Below are positions 44,278 to 54,191 of a stretch of DNA of 64,000 bases, piece after piece; the stretch's first letter is position 1, and each line of letters opens with the position of its first letter. Origin of the DNA: Gammaproteobacteria bacterium (GTDB taxonomy: Bacteria > Pseudomonadota > Gammaproteobacteria > Pseudomonadales > Azotimanducaceae); NCBI GenBank assembly GCA_031385325.1, contig JANNBJ010000123.1:6771-70770 (forward strand), given 5' to 3'. The notes beneath the pieces are model-generated. The model had not been told where the DNA came from and searched no databases. It worked only from the letters and a program-made list of their open reading frames with translations. The position numbers were made by a program, and so were the translations under genes.

Positions 44278-45866
44278 GACCTCGCTCGACTCACCAGATC
44301 CTTGCCGATCACACGGATGGCCAGCGTCTCTTCAGCCCCTTCGAAGATCGACAACACACGTGCATCCACAAAGTAGCGACTGACCGGAGTCTCTTCGGCA
44401 TAACCCATGCCACCATGGATCTGCAGCGCCTCGCGGGTGACCCACTCGGTGGCACGACAGGCGAGGAGTTTGACCAGACTGGCTTCCATCGCGCCTTCGC
44501 CCTTGTCCATCAGCCGCGCAACCGCATACGTAAACTGTTGGCAGGCCATCAGCATCATACCCATGCGGGCAATCTTCGCCAGAGTCACAGGATAGTCCGC
44601 CAGTGGTTTACCAAACACGCGTCGATCCTGGGCATATTGCATGGCCGAACTCATCGCCGCCTGGATCAATCCACAGGCACGGGCAGCCGTTTGCAATCGG
44701 CCACCCATGAAACCGCGCATCGTGAAGTAAAAACCGCGGCCTTCACCGGATGCTCCGCCAATCAGATTGTCAGCCGGCACGAAAAAGTCGTCATACCGCA
44801 TTTCGAATGAATGCATGCCACGGTAACCGAGGGTCGGAATAGCTCGACCGGACATGCGCCCACCGGCAGCCTGTTCGTGCACAAACTCGTGACCGTCGGA
44901 GCTCGGCTTCTCGACGACGAACAACGACAGGCCTTTATGCAGGGGACGTGCGTCGGGATGGCTTCTTGCGAGCACCAGAATGGCCCCGGCCTTGCCGGCA
45001 AACGTGCACCAGGTTTTATTCCCGGTCAGATTCCAGCCGCCTGGTACGCGCTCGGCTTTCATGGTCACGGCTGCGACATCGGAACCGGTGTCTGGCTCAG
45101 TCACAGAGATTGCACACAAGGGCTGGCCGGCTGCGAGACCAGGCAGCCAACGTTCCTGCTGCTCGACCGTGCCTCCTTCCATGATGGCCCGTGCCATGAT
45201 TTCCGGCCGGGTAATCAGACTGCCAGCGGCGCCCAACGACGCACGTGACAGCGCCTGGGTGACCACCACCATTCCAAGCGAATCCTCATGGTCATCTGGC
45301 TTGAGACCACCCAATCGGGTTGGCACAGACAATCCAAAACAGCCCATTTCACGCAGTGGCTGCAGAATGGCGTCGGGAATGATGAGGTCAGCACGATGAA
45401 TGTCTGCCGCAAGCGGCACGACGACGTCCCGGCCAAATTGTTCGAAGCTATCCCTCATCATGCGCTTCTCGGCGTCCAGGCCATCAGGCAGATGATCCTG
45501 TTGCCGGTCCATGAATTGTCGCCCGATCTCGACCAGACGATTGGCGCCAAGCAGATCACCGATGTCGGGCAACGTCAGATCCTGGGCTTGCAGACCGAAG
45601 TCAGCAGGCCGAGCCACCAACCTCGTGTGCACATCCAGCAGAACCTGTGCGATACAAGTCGAAGTAATGACACTTAGAAAATCGGCATCAGCCGAATTGT
45701 TCAGGGCGAACTGCGCAAGCGCGTGTGCACCGTCAAGTTCAGCGCGACAGAGTGCGAGGTCATACAACTGAACCTGCTCCCCGTCGAGATCACCTTCCAG
45801 ATGCGCACAGGCACGGCCAACTCTCGCCTGCATGTCCGCAAGCGAGTCAAGTATCGATTGTTGCAT
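44274..45866 (-). CDS. Acyl-CoA dehydrogenase with an extra N-terminal domain
   Basis: ISVTEPDTGSDVAAV, GNKTWCTFAG and a C-terminal SIFEGAEETL. Trimmed to the ATG at 45866, 4 nt after the thiolase stop. Confidence 0.9.
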   Translation of the reverse strand: MQQSILDSLADMQARVGRACAHLEGDLDGEQVQLYDLALCRAELDGAHALAQFALNNSADADFLSVITSTCIAQVLLDVHTRLVARPADFGLQAQDLTLPDIGDLLGANRLVEIGRQFMDRQQDHLPDGLDAEKRMMRDSFEQFGRDVVVPLAADIHRADLIIPDAILQPLREMGCFGLSVPTRLGGLKPDDHEDSLGMVVVTQALSRASLGAAGSLITRPEIMARAIMEGGTVEQQERWLPGLAAGQPLCAISVTEPDTGSDVAAVTMKAERVPGGWNLTGNKTWCTFAGKAGAILVLARSHPDARPLHKGLSLFVVEKPSSDGHEFVHEQAAGGRMSGRAIPTLGYRGMHSFEMRYDDFFVPADNLIGGASGEGRGFYFTMRGFMGGRLQTAARACGLIQAAMSSAMQYAQDRRVFGKPLADYPVTLAKIARMGMMLMACQQFTYAVARLMDKGEGAMEASLVKLLACRATEWVTREALQIHGGMGYAEETPVSRYFVDARVLSIFEGAEETLAIRVIGKDLVSRARS

Positions 45867-45870
45867 TGGG

Positions 45871-47070
45871 CTAGTCGTACGCGCCGACGATACAGACCGC
45901 TGCCACGTTCGACATGGGCGAACCACCCAGATTGTGGGTCATGCCGATTCGCGGATTCTTGAGTTGTCGTGCGCCGGCTCTGCCGGTGAGTTGCAAGTAC
46001 ATTTCGTACAGCATGCGAATACCGGACGCGCCAATGGGATGACCAAAACATTTGAGTCCGCCATCAATCTGGCAGGGAATCTGGCCATCGGCATCGTAGA
46101 AGCCGTTCATCACATCCTTGATGGCGCCACCTTCCGGTGACAACTGGAGGTCTTCCATCGTCACCAGTTCGGTAATCGAGAAACAGTCGTGGCACTCGAA
46201 CATGCTCACTTCATCCCGCGCTTTTTTGATTCCCGCTTCCTTGTAAGCCTTGGCTGCAGCGATGCGCGTCGTGTGGAAGTAACTTCCGTCCCACGAGTTG
46301 TGTCCGGATTCCGACCCGTTCGAAAGCGCAAGTTGCAACGCCTTGATGCTGACGAGTTTGGCCTTGCCCAGGCTTCTGGCAATTTCTGGCGTCGTCACGA
46401 TGGCACACGCAGCGCCATCGCTGACCCCACAACAGTCGAACAGACCAAGCGGCTCGGCGATCATGGGTGCATTGAGTGCCTGCTCCTCCGTGATCGGCTT
46501 TTGCAGGTGGGCCTTGGGATTTTTTGCACCGTTGGCGTGACTCTTCACTGATACGTGTGCAATCGCTCGTTTCAGATCGTCGCGCGACACGCCGTGTTTG
46601 GCACGGTAGGCACTGGCGAGCTGGGCAAAATTTCCGGGTGCGGAGCCATTCGCGGACCATTGTGGCGCAAGCGTACCGCCGCCACCGGCCGGCAGACCGC
46701 CATAGCCCGTGTCTTTCAGCTTTTCAACGCCCAGCGCCAACGCGATATCAGCCGCGCCGGATGCTACAGCGTAGACAGCACCGCGAAATGCTTCTGACCC
46801 GGATGCACAGAAATTCTCCACCCGGGTAACGGCGATATTTGGCAGCCGCAACGCTATCGACAGTGGCAGTCCACCCTTCCCGACATTGATTTCTTCAAAG
46901 TGTGTGGAGAACCAGGCGGCGTCGATCTGCGTCACGTCGATGCCCGCATCTGCGATCGCTTCGCCAAAGGCCTCGACCATCAACTCTTCAGCGCCGCAAT
47001 CCCAGCGCTCACCGAACCGTGAACAACCCATGCCGAGGATTGCGACCTTGTCCTTGATTCCTGCTGCCAT
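45871..47070 (-). CDS. Thiolase (SCP-x/archaeal-type acetyl-CoA C-acyltransferase)
   Basis: KVAILGMGCSRFGE, the nucleophile region NFCASGSEAF and GHPIGASGIRM. Trimmed to the ATG at 47070. Confidence 0.9.
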   Translation of the reverse strand: MAAGIKDKVAILGMGCSRFGERWDCGAEELMVEAFGEAIADAGIDVTQIDAAWFSTHFEEINVGKGGLPLSIALRLPNIAVTRVENFCASGSEAFRGAVYAVASGAADIALALGVEKLKDTGYGGLPAGGGGTLAPQWSANGSAPGNFAQLASAYRAKHGVSRDDLKRAIAHVSVKSHANGAKNPKAHLQKPITEEQALNAPMIAEPLGLFDCCGVSDGAACAIVTTPEIARSLGKAKLVSIKALQLALSNGSESGHNSWDGSYFHTTRIAAAKAYKEAGIKKARDEVSMFECHDCFSITELVTMEDLQLSPEGGAIKDVMNGFYDADGQIPCQIDGGLKCFGHPIGASGIRMLYEMYLQLTGRAGARQLKNPRIGMTHNLGGSPMSNVAAVCIVGAYD

Positions 47071-47113
47071 AAGAGCCTCCGCCAAAGAAGATGCTGAAGT
47101 TGAAACGAGTGGT

Positions 47114-48574
47114 CTAACCGGCCGTCCGATCTGGCACGGCTTTCCAGAAATAACGAACAAACCCACGCAAACGATCGAATGACTTGATGCGAAACACCAT
47201 TCGCACCGTCATGCCGACGTCTATTTCACCGACGCTGACATCGCTGAAATCGGTCATGAACCGGCCGCCGTTGAAAAAACTGATCATACCGTAGTGGGCT
47301 GGCGGATCCGCCGTATAGGTCAGGTAGTCCGCCGACCAGGTAACGATGTTGGCCATTTCTTCACGAAACGGATGCGGCTCCTGGGTGTGGGTTGCTCGGC
47401 ATTGCGGATTCACGCAGATGTCGCTTCGCGGAAATTGCAATGTTCCACAGACGGTGCAGCGTCCACCGACGAGACCAGTCAGCATGTCGCGCTTGCGGAA
47501 GTTGGTCGTCAAGGCGGTCTTGTAGTCGTCTTTCTCGGCACGCATGCCCTTTTCGAGTTCCACCAGGTTATTGAACGCCAGATACTTCTGATAGTTCATT
47601 TCTGGCAGTCGCGCTGCCAGCGCTGCCTTGAATTGGGCACCGAAAGCGCGAGCCCGCGTCGCGTCTGCAATCTGCAGAACAATCGCGTCACAACCCTGGC
47701 CGAATCCACAGACCACGATCAGCTGTCCAGAAGCGATTTCGCTGTTCGCCAGCCGAGCCGCCAGCATCATGAGTGGATGAGCCACCCCAGTCTCACCAAC
47801 GTTTGCCACAAGGGTATCTGCAACCGAACTCGTCGGTACGCCGATGGCCTTTGCGACACTGGCGGCCGCCCCCTTGATCGTACCGGGCAACACAAAGTGG
47901 GCGACGTCTGCTGCTTTGATTCCGGCTTTGGCGAGTGCCTTGTTCACTGCCTCCGGGACGATATGAGCAAGACCTTCATCGCGAATCCATCGCTCCTCCC
48001 AGCCGTAATCGAACTTCTCGCCAGCACCTCGAAAATGGTCGATGAAATCCACTGTAACCGTATGACTTGCGAGGAATTCAAGGACCGAATCCTGGTTAGT
48101 TACGAGGATCGCTACAGCGCCATCCCCGAACTCCAGCTCGCCTGGACTTGCAGCCTTTGCACGGCGTTTGTCGCTGATTACGACCAGCCCATCAGTGTGC
48201 AGGCCACTTTTGACCGCAGCGATGGTCTGCAACACTGCGGAGGTTCCGGCACGTTGTGAGGCACCGATATCGAGCGAGGCCAGATCCTCTGGCAGATTCA
48301 GCGCCGTGGCTACGATCCCCGCATTCTGACGATCTGCGAATGGTGCAGTGGTGCTGGCAAAAACAAGGAGGTCAGTCGTGGTCTTGTCGGCGAGACAGGC
48401 GCGGGCAGCTTCAACGCCCATCGTGACCGAGTCTTCATCCCAGTTGCACATGCTGCGCTCACCCTGAGCTTTTCCGGCGAGACCGGGATCCGCCCAGCGA
48501 TGTGCTTCAACAATGGCTTTACGAGCGAGGCGAAGCCGCGGCAGATAAGCGGCCAATGAACTGATTCCAACCAT
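47114..48574 (-). CDS. HMG-CoA-synthase/KAS-III-like domain fused to a C-terminal DUF35 OB-fold/zinc-ribbon domain
   Basis: The N-terminal domain reads SSLAAYLPRLRL...NWDEDSVTMGVEAARACL...DIGASQRAGTSAV. The C-terminal domain reads CTVCGTLQFPRSDICVNPQC followed by an OB-fold-like tail. The track's 738-aa ORF is trimmed to the ATG at 48574 because its 5' part is antisense to hemF. Confidence 0.75.
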   Translation of the reverse strand: MVGISSLAAYLPRLRLARKAIVEAHRWADPGLAGKAQGERSMCNWDEDSVTMGVEAARACLADKTTTDLLVFASTTAPFADRQNAGIVATALNLPEDLASLDIGASQRAGTSAVLQTIAAVKSGLHTDGLVVISDKRRAKAASPGELEFGDGAVAILVTNQDSVLEFLASHTVTVDFIDHFRGAGEKFDYGWEERWIRDEGLAHIVPEAVNKALAKAGIKAADVAHFVLPGTIKGAAASVAKAIGVPTSSVADTLVANVGETGVAHPLMMLAARLANSEIASGQLIVVCGFGQGCDAIVLQIADATRARAFGAQFKAALAARLPEMNYQKYLAFNNLVELEKGMRAEKDDYKTALTTNFRKRDMLTGLVGGRCTVCGTLQFPRSDICVNPQCRATHTQEPHPFREEMANIVTWSADYLTYTADPPAHYGMISFFNGGRFMTDFSDVSVGEIDVGMTVRMVFRIKSFDRLRGFVRYFWKAVPDRTAG

Positions 48575-48673
48575 GGTGAACCTTGAAAAGCCGAAGTGGC
48601 GAGTATACGGGAATTCGCCAATCCGTCCTCCTGGTCGCTTGGTGCACAATAGGCCCGCCCCAGGTTCCACAGG

Positions 48674-49573
48674 ATGATCATGACCGTCGATGTGCCAAAG
48701 GTTCGTAGTTATTTCATGGCGTTGCAGGACAGCATCTGCGCATCTCTTGAAAGTCTGGAACCCACCGCGCGGTTTTCCCGTGAAGACCTGGCAGGACCTG
48801 GTGGTGGTCTCTCCCGCCCGCGCGTGATTGCAGGCGGAGAAGCCATTGAAAAGGCCGCTGTCCAGTTCACCCATAGTGTCGGTGCATCCCTGCCACCCGC
48901 AGCCACAGAGCGCAATCCGCATCTGGCAGGTCGGTCCTTTCAGGCAGTCGCCATTTCCCTGATCGTCCACCCGCTCAACCCATACGTTCCGACAACGCAC
49001 ATGAACCTGCGTTATTTCAGTGTCGAAGGTACTGATGGCACGTGGTACTTCGGTGGTGGATTTGACCTGACGCCTTACTATGCCTTTGAGGAGGATGCGG
49101 TGTTCTGGCATCGCCGAGCGGCGCAGGCAAGTGGTAGTTACTACGCCAAAATGAAAGCGGATTGTGATACGTACTTCTACCTCCCCCATCGTCAAGAACA
49201 TCGGGGCATCGGTGGATTGTTCTTCGACGACTGGACTGACGGAGGAGCAGATTCCAGTCTGGCGCTGGTCAAACAGATTGGCGACACCTTTCTGCTTGCT
49301 TACATGCCAATCGTTGAAAAGCGGCGACATCAGCCTTATGGCGAACGGGAACGGAGCTGGCAGCTGTACCGCCGAGGGCGGTATGCCGAGTTCAATCTGG
49401 CCATAGATCGTGGCACACGATATGGACTACAGAGCGGTCGACGAGTTGAAAGCGTTCTCGCCTCTCTACCGCCACTGGTCGCTTGGGAATATCAGCGCCC
49501 GATCGTGCCAGGCAGTCCTGAAGCGAGTCTGAGTGATTATCTGAAACCCCGGGATTGGCTGACCACCACATAA
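48674..49573 (+). CDS. hemF: Oxygen-dependent coproporphyrinogen III oxidase
   Basis: AISLIVHPLNPYVPTTHMNLRYF, WYFGGGFDLTPYY and YFYLPHRQEHRGIGGLFFDD are diagnostic HemF motifs. Confidence 0.95.
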   Translation: MIMTVDVPKVRSYFMALQDSICASLESLEPTARFSREDLAGPGGGLSRPRVIAGGEAIEKAAVQFTHSVGASLPPAATERNPHLAGRSFQAVAISLIVHPLNPYVPTTHMNLRYFSVEGTDGTWYFGGGFDLTPYYAFEEDAVFWHRRAAQASGSYYAKMKADCDTYFYLPHRQEHRGIGGLFFDDWTDGGADSSLALVKQIGDTFLLAYMPIVEKRRHQPYGERERSWQLYRRGRYAEFNLAIDRGTRYGLQSGRRVESVLASLPPLVAWEYQRPIVPGSPEASLSDYLKPRDWLTTT

Positions 49574-49591
49574 CGCCCCGCCAAGGCCATC

Positions 49592-49608
49592 GCGCCAATT
49601 TTTGGCGC
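49592..49608 (+). terminator. Hairpin candidate after hemF (GCGCCAA-TTT-TTGGCGC)
   Basis: This perfect 7-bp stem with a 3-nt loop lies 19 nt after the hemF stop. No U-tract follows. A second palindrome, ATTGAATCAAT, sits at 49609-49619. Confidence 0.3.
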
Positions 49609-49824
49609 ATTGAATCAATGCACAACCGAGCAAAAACAATCCCGTAGTTAACGTCTTTTTTGTCGTCTGGTCGTTCTGCGACCTGCTTCCGCGCCATCAA
49701 CGCGCATCCCCGGCACCATCACAACGAAGCTCCTGTCAGGCCCGCGACCTGTTTCCTGGTGTGACCTTGAAGAGCTGGCGCCGCAACGAAAGCGGCTATC
49801 AACCGCTATGGAAGTTCAGACAGC

Positions 49825-52800
49825 ATGCCATCAGCGACGACTGAATCGCTCAAAGTAGCCGCACACCGCGACATTGAGGTAGATTCGCGATTCAAGGCAA
49901 GCAACCTTACGCTCCGCCAGTTTCGATTCTGGCAGGAACAGGAACTGCATCCCGAAGCGCCAGTGGAGCGGATCCTGAGAGTGACGCTGTTGCCGGAGAA
50001 TTTCGCCGCTCATCTCGACAGCGCGTGGCAGTTTGTTACCGAAGAAATTGACGCCGCTCGAGCTCGCTTGGTGTGCAAAAACTTCACTCCCCGAATCGAA
50101 TTTGGCCAAGTCGGCGGGGCAGTGGACCGTGCGGCGGTAACTGCACGCGAACCACTGGGGGCTGAAATTATGGCCTGGGCCACACCCGACTGGCTCCGCT
50201 TCTCCGAAAACGATCTGTTGATAAAACAGGGATTGATATCAATCAACGACGGCCGCAAGTGCTGGCTCATTACTGCCAGTCATCTGGTCTGCGATGGTCG
50301 AGCCATGGATCTTCTATACGCAGAAACACTGCGAGTGATGGAAGATCTGGCGGAGGGTCGTCCTGTGCAGCAACGAGCTTTTCCGTCATTGGAAGGCAAC
50401 ATGGCGGTCGAGCGTCAGCGAGATCTCGCCGGCAAGGTTTGGAACGCAGATTCGGCCATTGCAACCCGGATCGCTGCGCTGAAGTCCAGCTTCCAGTTGT
50501 TTGGCAAGAGTTTTTCGCCGGAGAACACATCCGAGGTTCGCGGCTTTTTGACGCTGTCGAAAGTGCTAACCGATCGCCTCATCGAGACGGCTGGCTCGGC
50601 AACGTATTTGCATCGATCGACTGATGTCACGCTGTCGAACATGCTCACTGCGCTGACCGCGGCGTGGGTGTGTCGCCACAGCGGCCAACACGAATTCATC
50701 GTTGGGATTCCCTTTCATGGCCGTGCGTCAGATGAACATTCATTGGTTGGATTCAAATCGGAAGTCCTGCCGTTCAGCGTAACCGTCGATCCGCAGACGC
50801 TTTTTCCGGATCTGGTGAAGTCGGTCAATCGCGAAGCGGCCACGCGTCTGAAGTACCGCGGCAGGACATTTGCAAATCCGCGCTACGCACCCAACTACCA
50901 TGTTCGATCGAACTATATGTTCGTCATCGACCGACACCCGGACGAGAGAACTCCTTTGACGAGGATCGAGATACCGGCCAGCAGCAACCAGGCAGAATCC
51001 GTCATGTTCACCTGGTCATCTTCGACCGAGGACAAGGGACAGTTGCGTGTCGGTGTGAGTCTCAACGAAACCTTCCTTCAATACACGGACATGGACCGCG
51101 TACTTGAGGGTTTGCGCGCCGGATTGGAGGCGCTTGTTGCCAACCCCACGCTTCGTGTCGGCGACCTCTCGTTCCTTGATCGACGAACTGCACAGGCGTT
51201 CGACCAGCCACCTATTCCACCAACCAGTCATTTTTCTTTGCGCTGGATAACACGGTGGACTGCCGCTCTGGCCGAGATCGGTTCAAAAATTGCGGTCGCG
51301 CACGGCGATGAGCAGTATACCCACCGCGAACTACACACCGCCGCAGCACGTTGGTTGACCTGTTTACGGACACATGGCGTGAAACCGGGTGACGCGATAG
51401 TGGTCTGGTCGGCATCCTCGAATGCACTTTCCGCGGCCTATATTGCGATCGCAAGTTCGGGCGGAAGTTATGTACCGATGCACATCAACACCAGTGCGGC
51501 GCGCGTGGCAGAGACTGCGCAGCGACTTGGCGCAAGCCTTGTACTTTGTGCCCCAGGCAAGGAATCAGAGATTACTGCCTGTGGACTCAAAGTGCTCGCG
51601 CTGAGTGATGACACCTTGAAAACACACAATCCCGGTCAACTGGAGGACCCCAGCACGGAGGCGGTATCTCACATTTTTCATACGTCGGGCAGTACCGGGA
51701 TTCCCAAAGCGATCGCTGTCTCGCACGGCGCCCTCGCCGCTTTCACCAAAAGCTGGATCGAAGCGAATGCACTGCAGAACGGCGAGAGAATCCTGCACTT
51801 TTATTCAACGACATTTGATCCGTGGTTGAGTGGACTACTCCCGGCGATCTGGCTCGGAGGCAGTTGCATCGTCAGTCCGCATGGACAACCGCCTACGGGT
51901 GAAGAGTTGCCAAAACTCCTGGCAAAACACGCAATCACAACGCTGTGCACACCAACCGCCTACTTCCACGCCCTGTGTGATCTGTCATTGCCAACTCATG
52001 TCGAGCGCTGGATCGTCGGTGGAGAAGCCCTCGCGGCCGACAAGTCACAACGCTTCCTTCGCTCACAAGCGCCCAAACAGACCACCCGACTGATCAACGC
52101 CTACGGCCCAACCGAGACAACGATCTGGACTTCGATCCTCGAAGTTCGACCCGAACACGAGATTGGCATACCGATCGGCAAACCCTTCCCGACGTGCGGC
52201 TATCGTGTCTGTGATGAACAAGGTTCCCTGCTGCCGTTTGGCGTACCCGGAGAACTGTGGACCAGTGGTCCTCAGGTCGCCGTGGGTTACGTCGGGCAGC
52301 CTGAGCTTACCGCGCGACAGTTCGTTGAGACTGAAGGGCTGCGTTGGTACAAAACTGGCGACATCGTGCGATGGCGGCCTGACGGAGATCTCGACTTCCT
52401 GGGACGCAAGGACCGTCAGGTGCAGATCCGGGGTTATCGAGTTGAGCCTGGTGAAATCGAAATCGCACTGCGCGGATTGAACAGGATCGAAGATGCGGTG
52501 GTGGTACCCATTCAACTCAAGACCACTACCGCGCTGTGCGCCTATGTCATCGCAAAGGATAAATCCGACACGCTGGACGCCTTGAAACTACGGGCAGAGC
52601 TCTTTCGTTCTATTTCCGAATACAAAGTTCCGAAGTGGATTCTGGTTGTGGAGAGTTTTCCCAAGAACAGCAATGGCAAAATCGATTTGACCCAACTGCC
52701 GGCACCAAACTCGGATCGCGAAGAGACGGCTCTTGATCGATTGCCCACGCTTACGCTGTGGGATCTTCGCCTGGCCTTTGAGGAAGTTCTGGGTTTGCCG

Positions 52801-53766
52801 CGGATAAAACTCGATGACGATTTTTTCGATCTCGGTGGTGACTCGCTGCTACTGGTTGAACTTCTGGCGGTGATAGAAAAACGCTTCGGCAAGACGTTGG
52901 AGCCCGTGCAGGTGATGCAACATCCGACGATCGGCGGTCTTGCGCCATTGCTTGAAGCGGCGCGCACAAACAAGGCAAGCCTCGTGGTGACCATGAAAAC
53001 CGGTACTCGCGCGCCCCTGTTTTGCATTCCCGGCGCAGGTGGAATCGGTGTTGAGTTTTATCCACTTTCGCGTCGCCTGCCTGAAGGTCAGCCAGTCGTC
53101 GTCTTACGATCTTCCGGCACCGATGGGCACAGCCACCCTCCGGGTTCAATCGATGAACTGCTGGAAGAACACGTCGAACATATCCTTGCTTATCGCAGGT
53201 CGCATGGTGAAACGCATCCGGTGCATCTCGCCGGCTATTCCCTGGGTGGGATTTTTGCCTATGAAGTTGCGCAGCGTTTGAAGAGTCGAGATGTTCCGAT
53301 TGGTCACTTGTTCATTATCGACGCGCACATTGCGGTGACTGAAGGACGAAGTCTGTTCAAACTGGGTGTTTTTGCGTCCGGCGCGCAACGAAGGAAAAAA
53401 GTAACCGATAAACGAAAACTCGACGAGCGCGCGGACCTGGCTGCGCAACTGGACGATGCGATCCGTGCCGGCAGAATCATGGAGGCCTCAGCCCTCGGCC
53501 GATACAACCTGATGGTTCAAGCAGGATTTTTCAACGACATTCACAGCGCACCCGGCGCGTTCAAGGCGACTTATTTTCTAGCCACCAACGGGCCGCGACT
53601 TGATCACTCCAGGCTCTGGCAAAAACTCGTAACCGGGCTTTCGGTGGAGGCGATCAGTGGCGATCACGATGGAGACAATTCGATTGTGCGGGAGCCAAGC
53701 GTTGCTGCGCTGGCTTCAATCATCGCGTCCAGATTGCGCGACTGGTTTCATCCATTGCATGCCTGA
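49825..53766 (+). CDS. Single-module nonribosomal peptide synthetase, domain order C-A-T-TE
   Basis: The C-domain active site is SHLVCDG (50278-50298). A-domain motifs are FHTSGSTGIPKA (51676-), NAYGPTETT, YKTGDIVRWRPDGDLDFLGRKDRQVQIRGYRVEPGEIE and NSNGKIDL. The T domain reads FFDLGGDSLL with its Ser codon at 52843-52845. The TE domain reads GYSLGG with its Ser codon at 53239-53241. Confidence 0.95.
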   Translation: MPSATTESLKVAAHRDIEVDSRFKASNLTLRQFRFWQEQELHPEAPVERILRVTLLPENFAAHLDSAWQFVTEEIDAARARLVCKNFTPRIEFGQVGGAVDRAAVTAREPLGAEIMAWATPDWLRFSENDLLIKQGLISINDGRKCWLITASHLVCDGRAMDLLYAETLRVMEDLAEGRPVQQRAFPSLEGNMAVERQRDLAGKVWNADSAIATRIAALKSSFQLFGKSFSPENTSEVRGFLTLSKVLTDRLIETAGSATYLHRSTDVTLSNMLTALTAAWVCRHSGQHEFIVGIPFHGRASDEHSLVGFKSEVLPFSVTVDPQTLFPDLVKSVNREAATRLKYRGRTFANPRYAPNYHVRSNYMFVIDRHPDERTPLTRIEIPASSNQAESVMFTWSSSTEDKGQLRVGVSLNETFLQYTDMDRVLEGLRAGLEALVANPTLRVGDLSFLDRRTAQAFDQPPIPPTSHFSLRWITRWTAALAEIGSKIAVAHGDEQYTHRELHTAAARWLTCLRTHGVKPGDAIVVWSASSNALSAAYIAIASSGGSYVPMHINTSAARVAETAQRLGASLVLCAPGKESEITACGLKVLALSDDTLKTHNPGQLEDPSTEAVSHIFHTSGSTGIPKAIAVSHGALAAFTKSWIEANALQNGERILHFYSTTFDPWLSGLLPAIWLGGSCIVSPHGQPPTGEELPKLLAKHAITTLCTPTAYFHALCDLSLPTHVERWIVGGEALAADKSQRFLRSQAPKQTTRLINAYGPTETTIWTSILEVRPEHEIGIPIGKPFPTCGYRVCDEQGSLLPFGVPGELWTSGPQVAVGYVGQPELTARQFVETEGLRWYKTGDIVRWRPDGDLDFLGRKDRQVQIRGYRVEPGEIEIALRGLNRIEDAVVVPIQLKTTTALCAYVIAKDKSDTLDALKLRAELFRSISEYKVPKWILVVESFPKNSNGKIDLTQLPAPNSDREETALDRLPTLTLWDLRLAFEEVLGLPRIKLDDDFFDLGGDSLLLVELLAVIEKRFGKTLEPVQVMQHPTIGGLAPLLEAARTNKASLVVTMKTGTRAPLFCIPGAGGIGVEFYPLSRRLPEGQPVVVLRSSGTDGHSHPPGSIDELLEEHVEHILAYRRSHGETHPVHLAGYSLGGIFAYEVAQRLKSRDVPIGHLFIIDAHIAVTEGRSLFKLGVFASGAQRRKKVTDKRKLDERADLAAQLDDAIRAGRIMEASALGRYNLMVQAGFFNDIHSAPGAFKATYFLATNGPRLDHSRLWQKLVTGLSVEAISGDHDGDNSIVREPSVAALASIIASRLRDWFHPLHA

Positions 53767-53795
53767 GTTTCTACGCACCGTCAAATTGAAGCGCG

Positions 53796-54116
53796 CTATT
53801 CAGTGATCAGCGCCAGGCTGTCGTGGACTTTGACGACGCCGCGAACTTCAGTTGCAATCTTGAGCGCCCGGTTCCGCAGCACTTCGCTGGGGATACGACC
53901 ACTCAGTGTGACCGCACCCTGATAGACGTCCACGTTGATTTTCAAGCCTTGAATATCCGGATCGGCAATCAGCTTCGCTTTGACAGCGGTATAGATCGCC
54001 GAGTCATCAGTCAATTCTCCCGGCGTGCGTCGGTTTGGATCGTCGTATGTCTGACAGGCAGAAAGGATAGCCATGAATACAGCAAGCAAGGCAAATCTGA
54101 GGCGCGTCGTGATCAT
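53796..54116 (-). CDS. BON-domain lipoprotein (OsmY-like)
   Basis: Lipobox AILSAC, then a single BON domain (VKAKLIADPDIQGLKINVDVYQGAVTLSGRIPS...ATEVRGVVKVHDSL). Confidence 0.8.
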   Translation of the reverse strand: MITTRLRFALLAVFMAILSACQTYDDPNRRTPGELTDDSAIYTAVKAKLIADPDIQGLKINVDVYQGAVTLSGRIPSEVLRNRALKIATEVRGVVKVHDSLALITE

Positions 54117-54191
54117 CGATAGTCCCTGGCAGATGAGTGTTATCGCGTGACAGGATTAGAATGGCCGAGAGTGTAACAAAGCAGGCTGAAC

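Noticed and set aside
47294-48259. 321-aa plus-strand ORF
   Set aside because: It lies entirely antisense to the HMGCS-like::DUF35 gene. Its Arg/Ser/Cys-rich composition is typical of shadow ORFs in GC-rich DNA. The same reasoning applies to 419-916, 1336-2080, 2777-3337, 22822-23322, 25105-25620, 28585-29115, 30281-30853, 40873-41400, 43338-43937 and 61848-62525.
48575-49330. The 5' 252 codons of the 738-aa minus-strand ORF 47114-49330
   Set aside because: This part is antisense to the unmistakable hemF gene and has no protein-like features. The recognisable HMGCS-like domain begins at the ATG at 48574 (MVGISSLAAYLP). It is an artefact of the longest-ORF rule.
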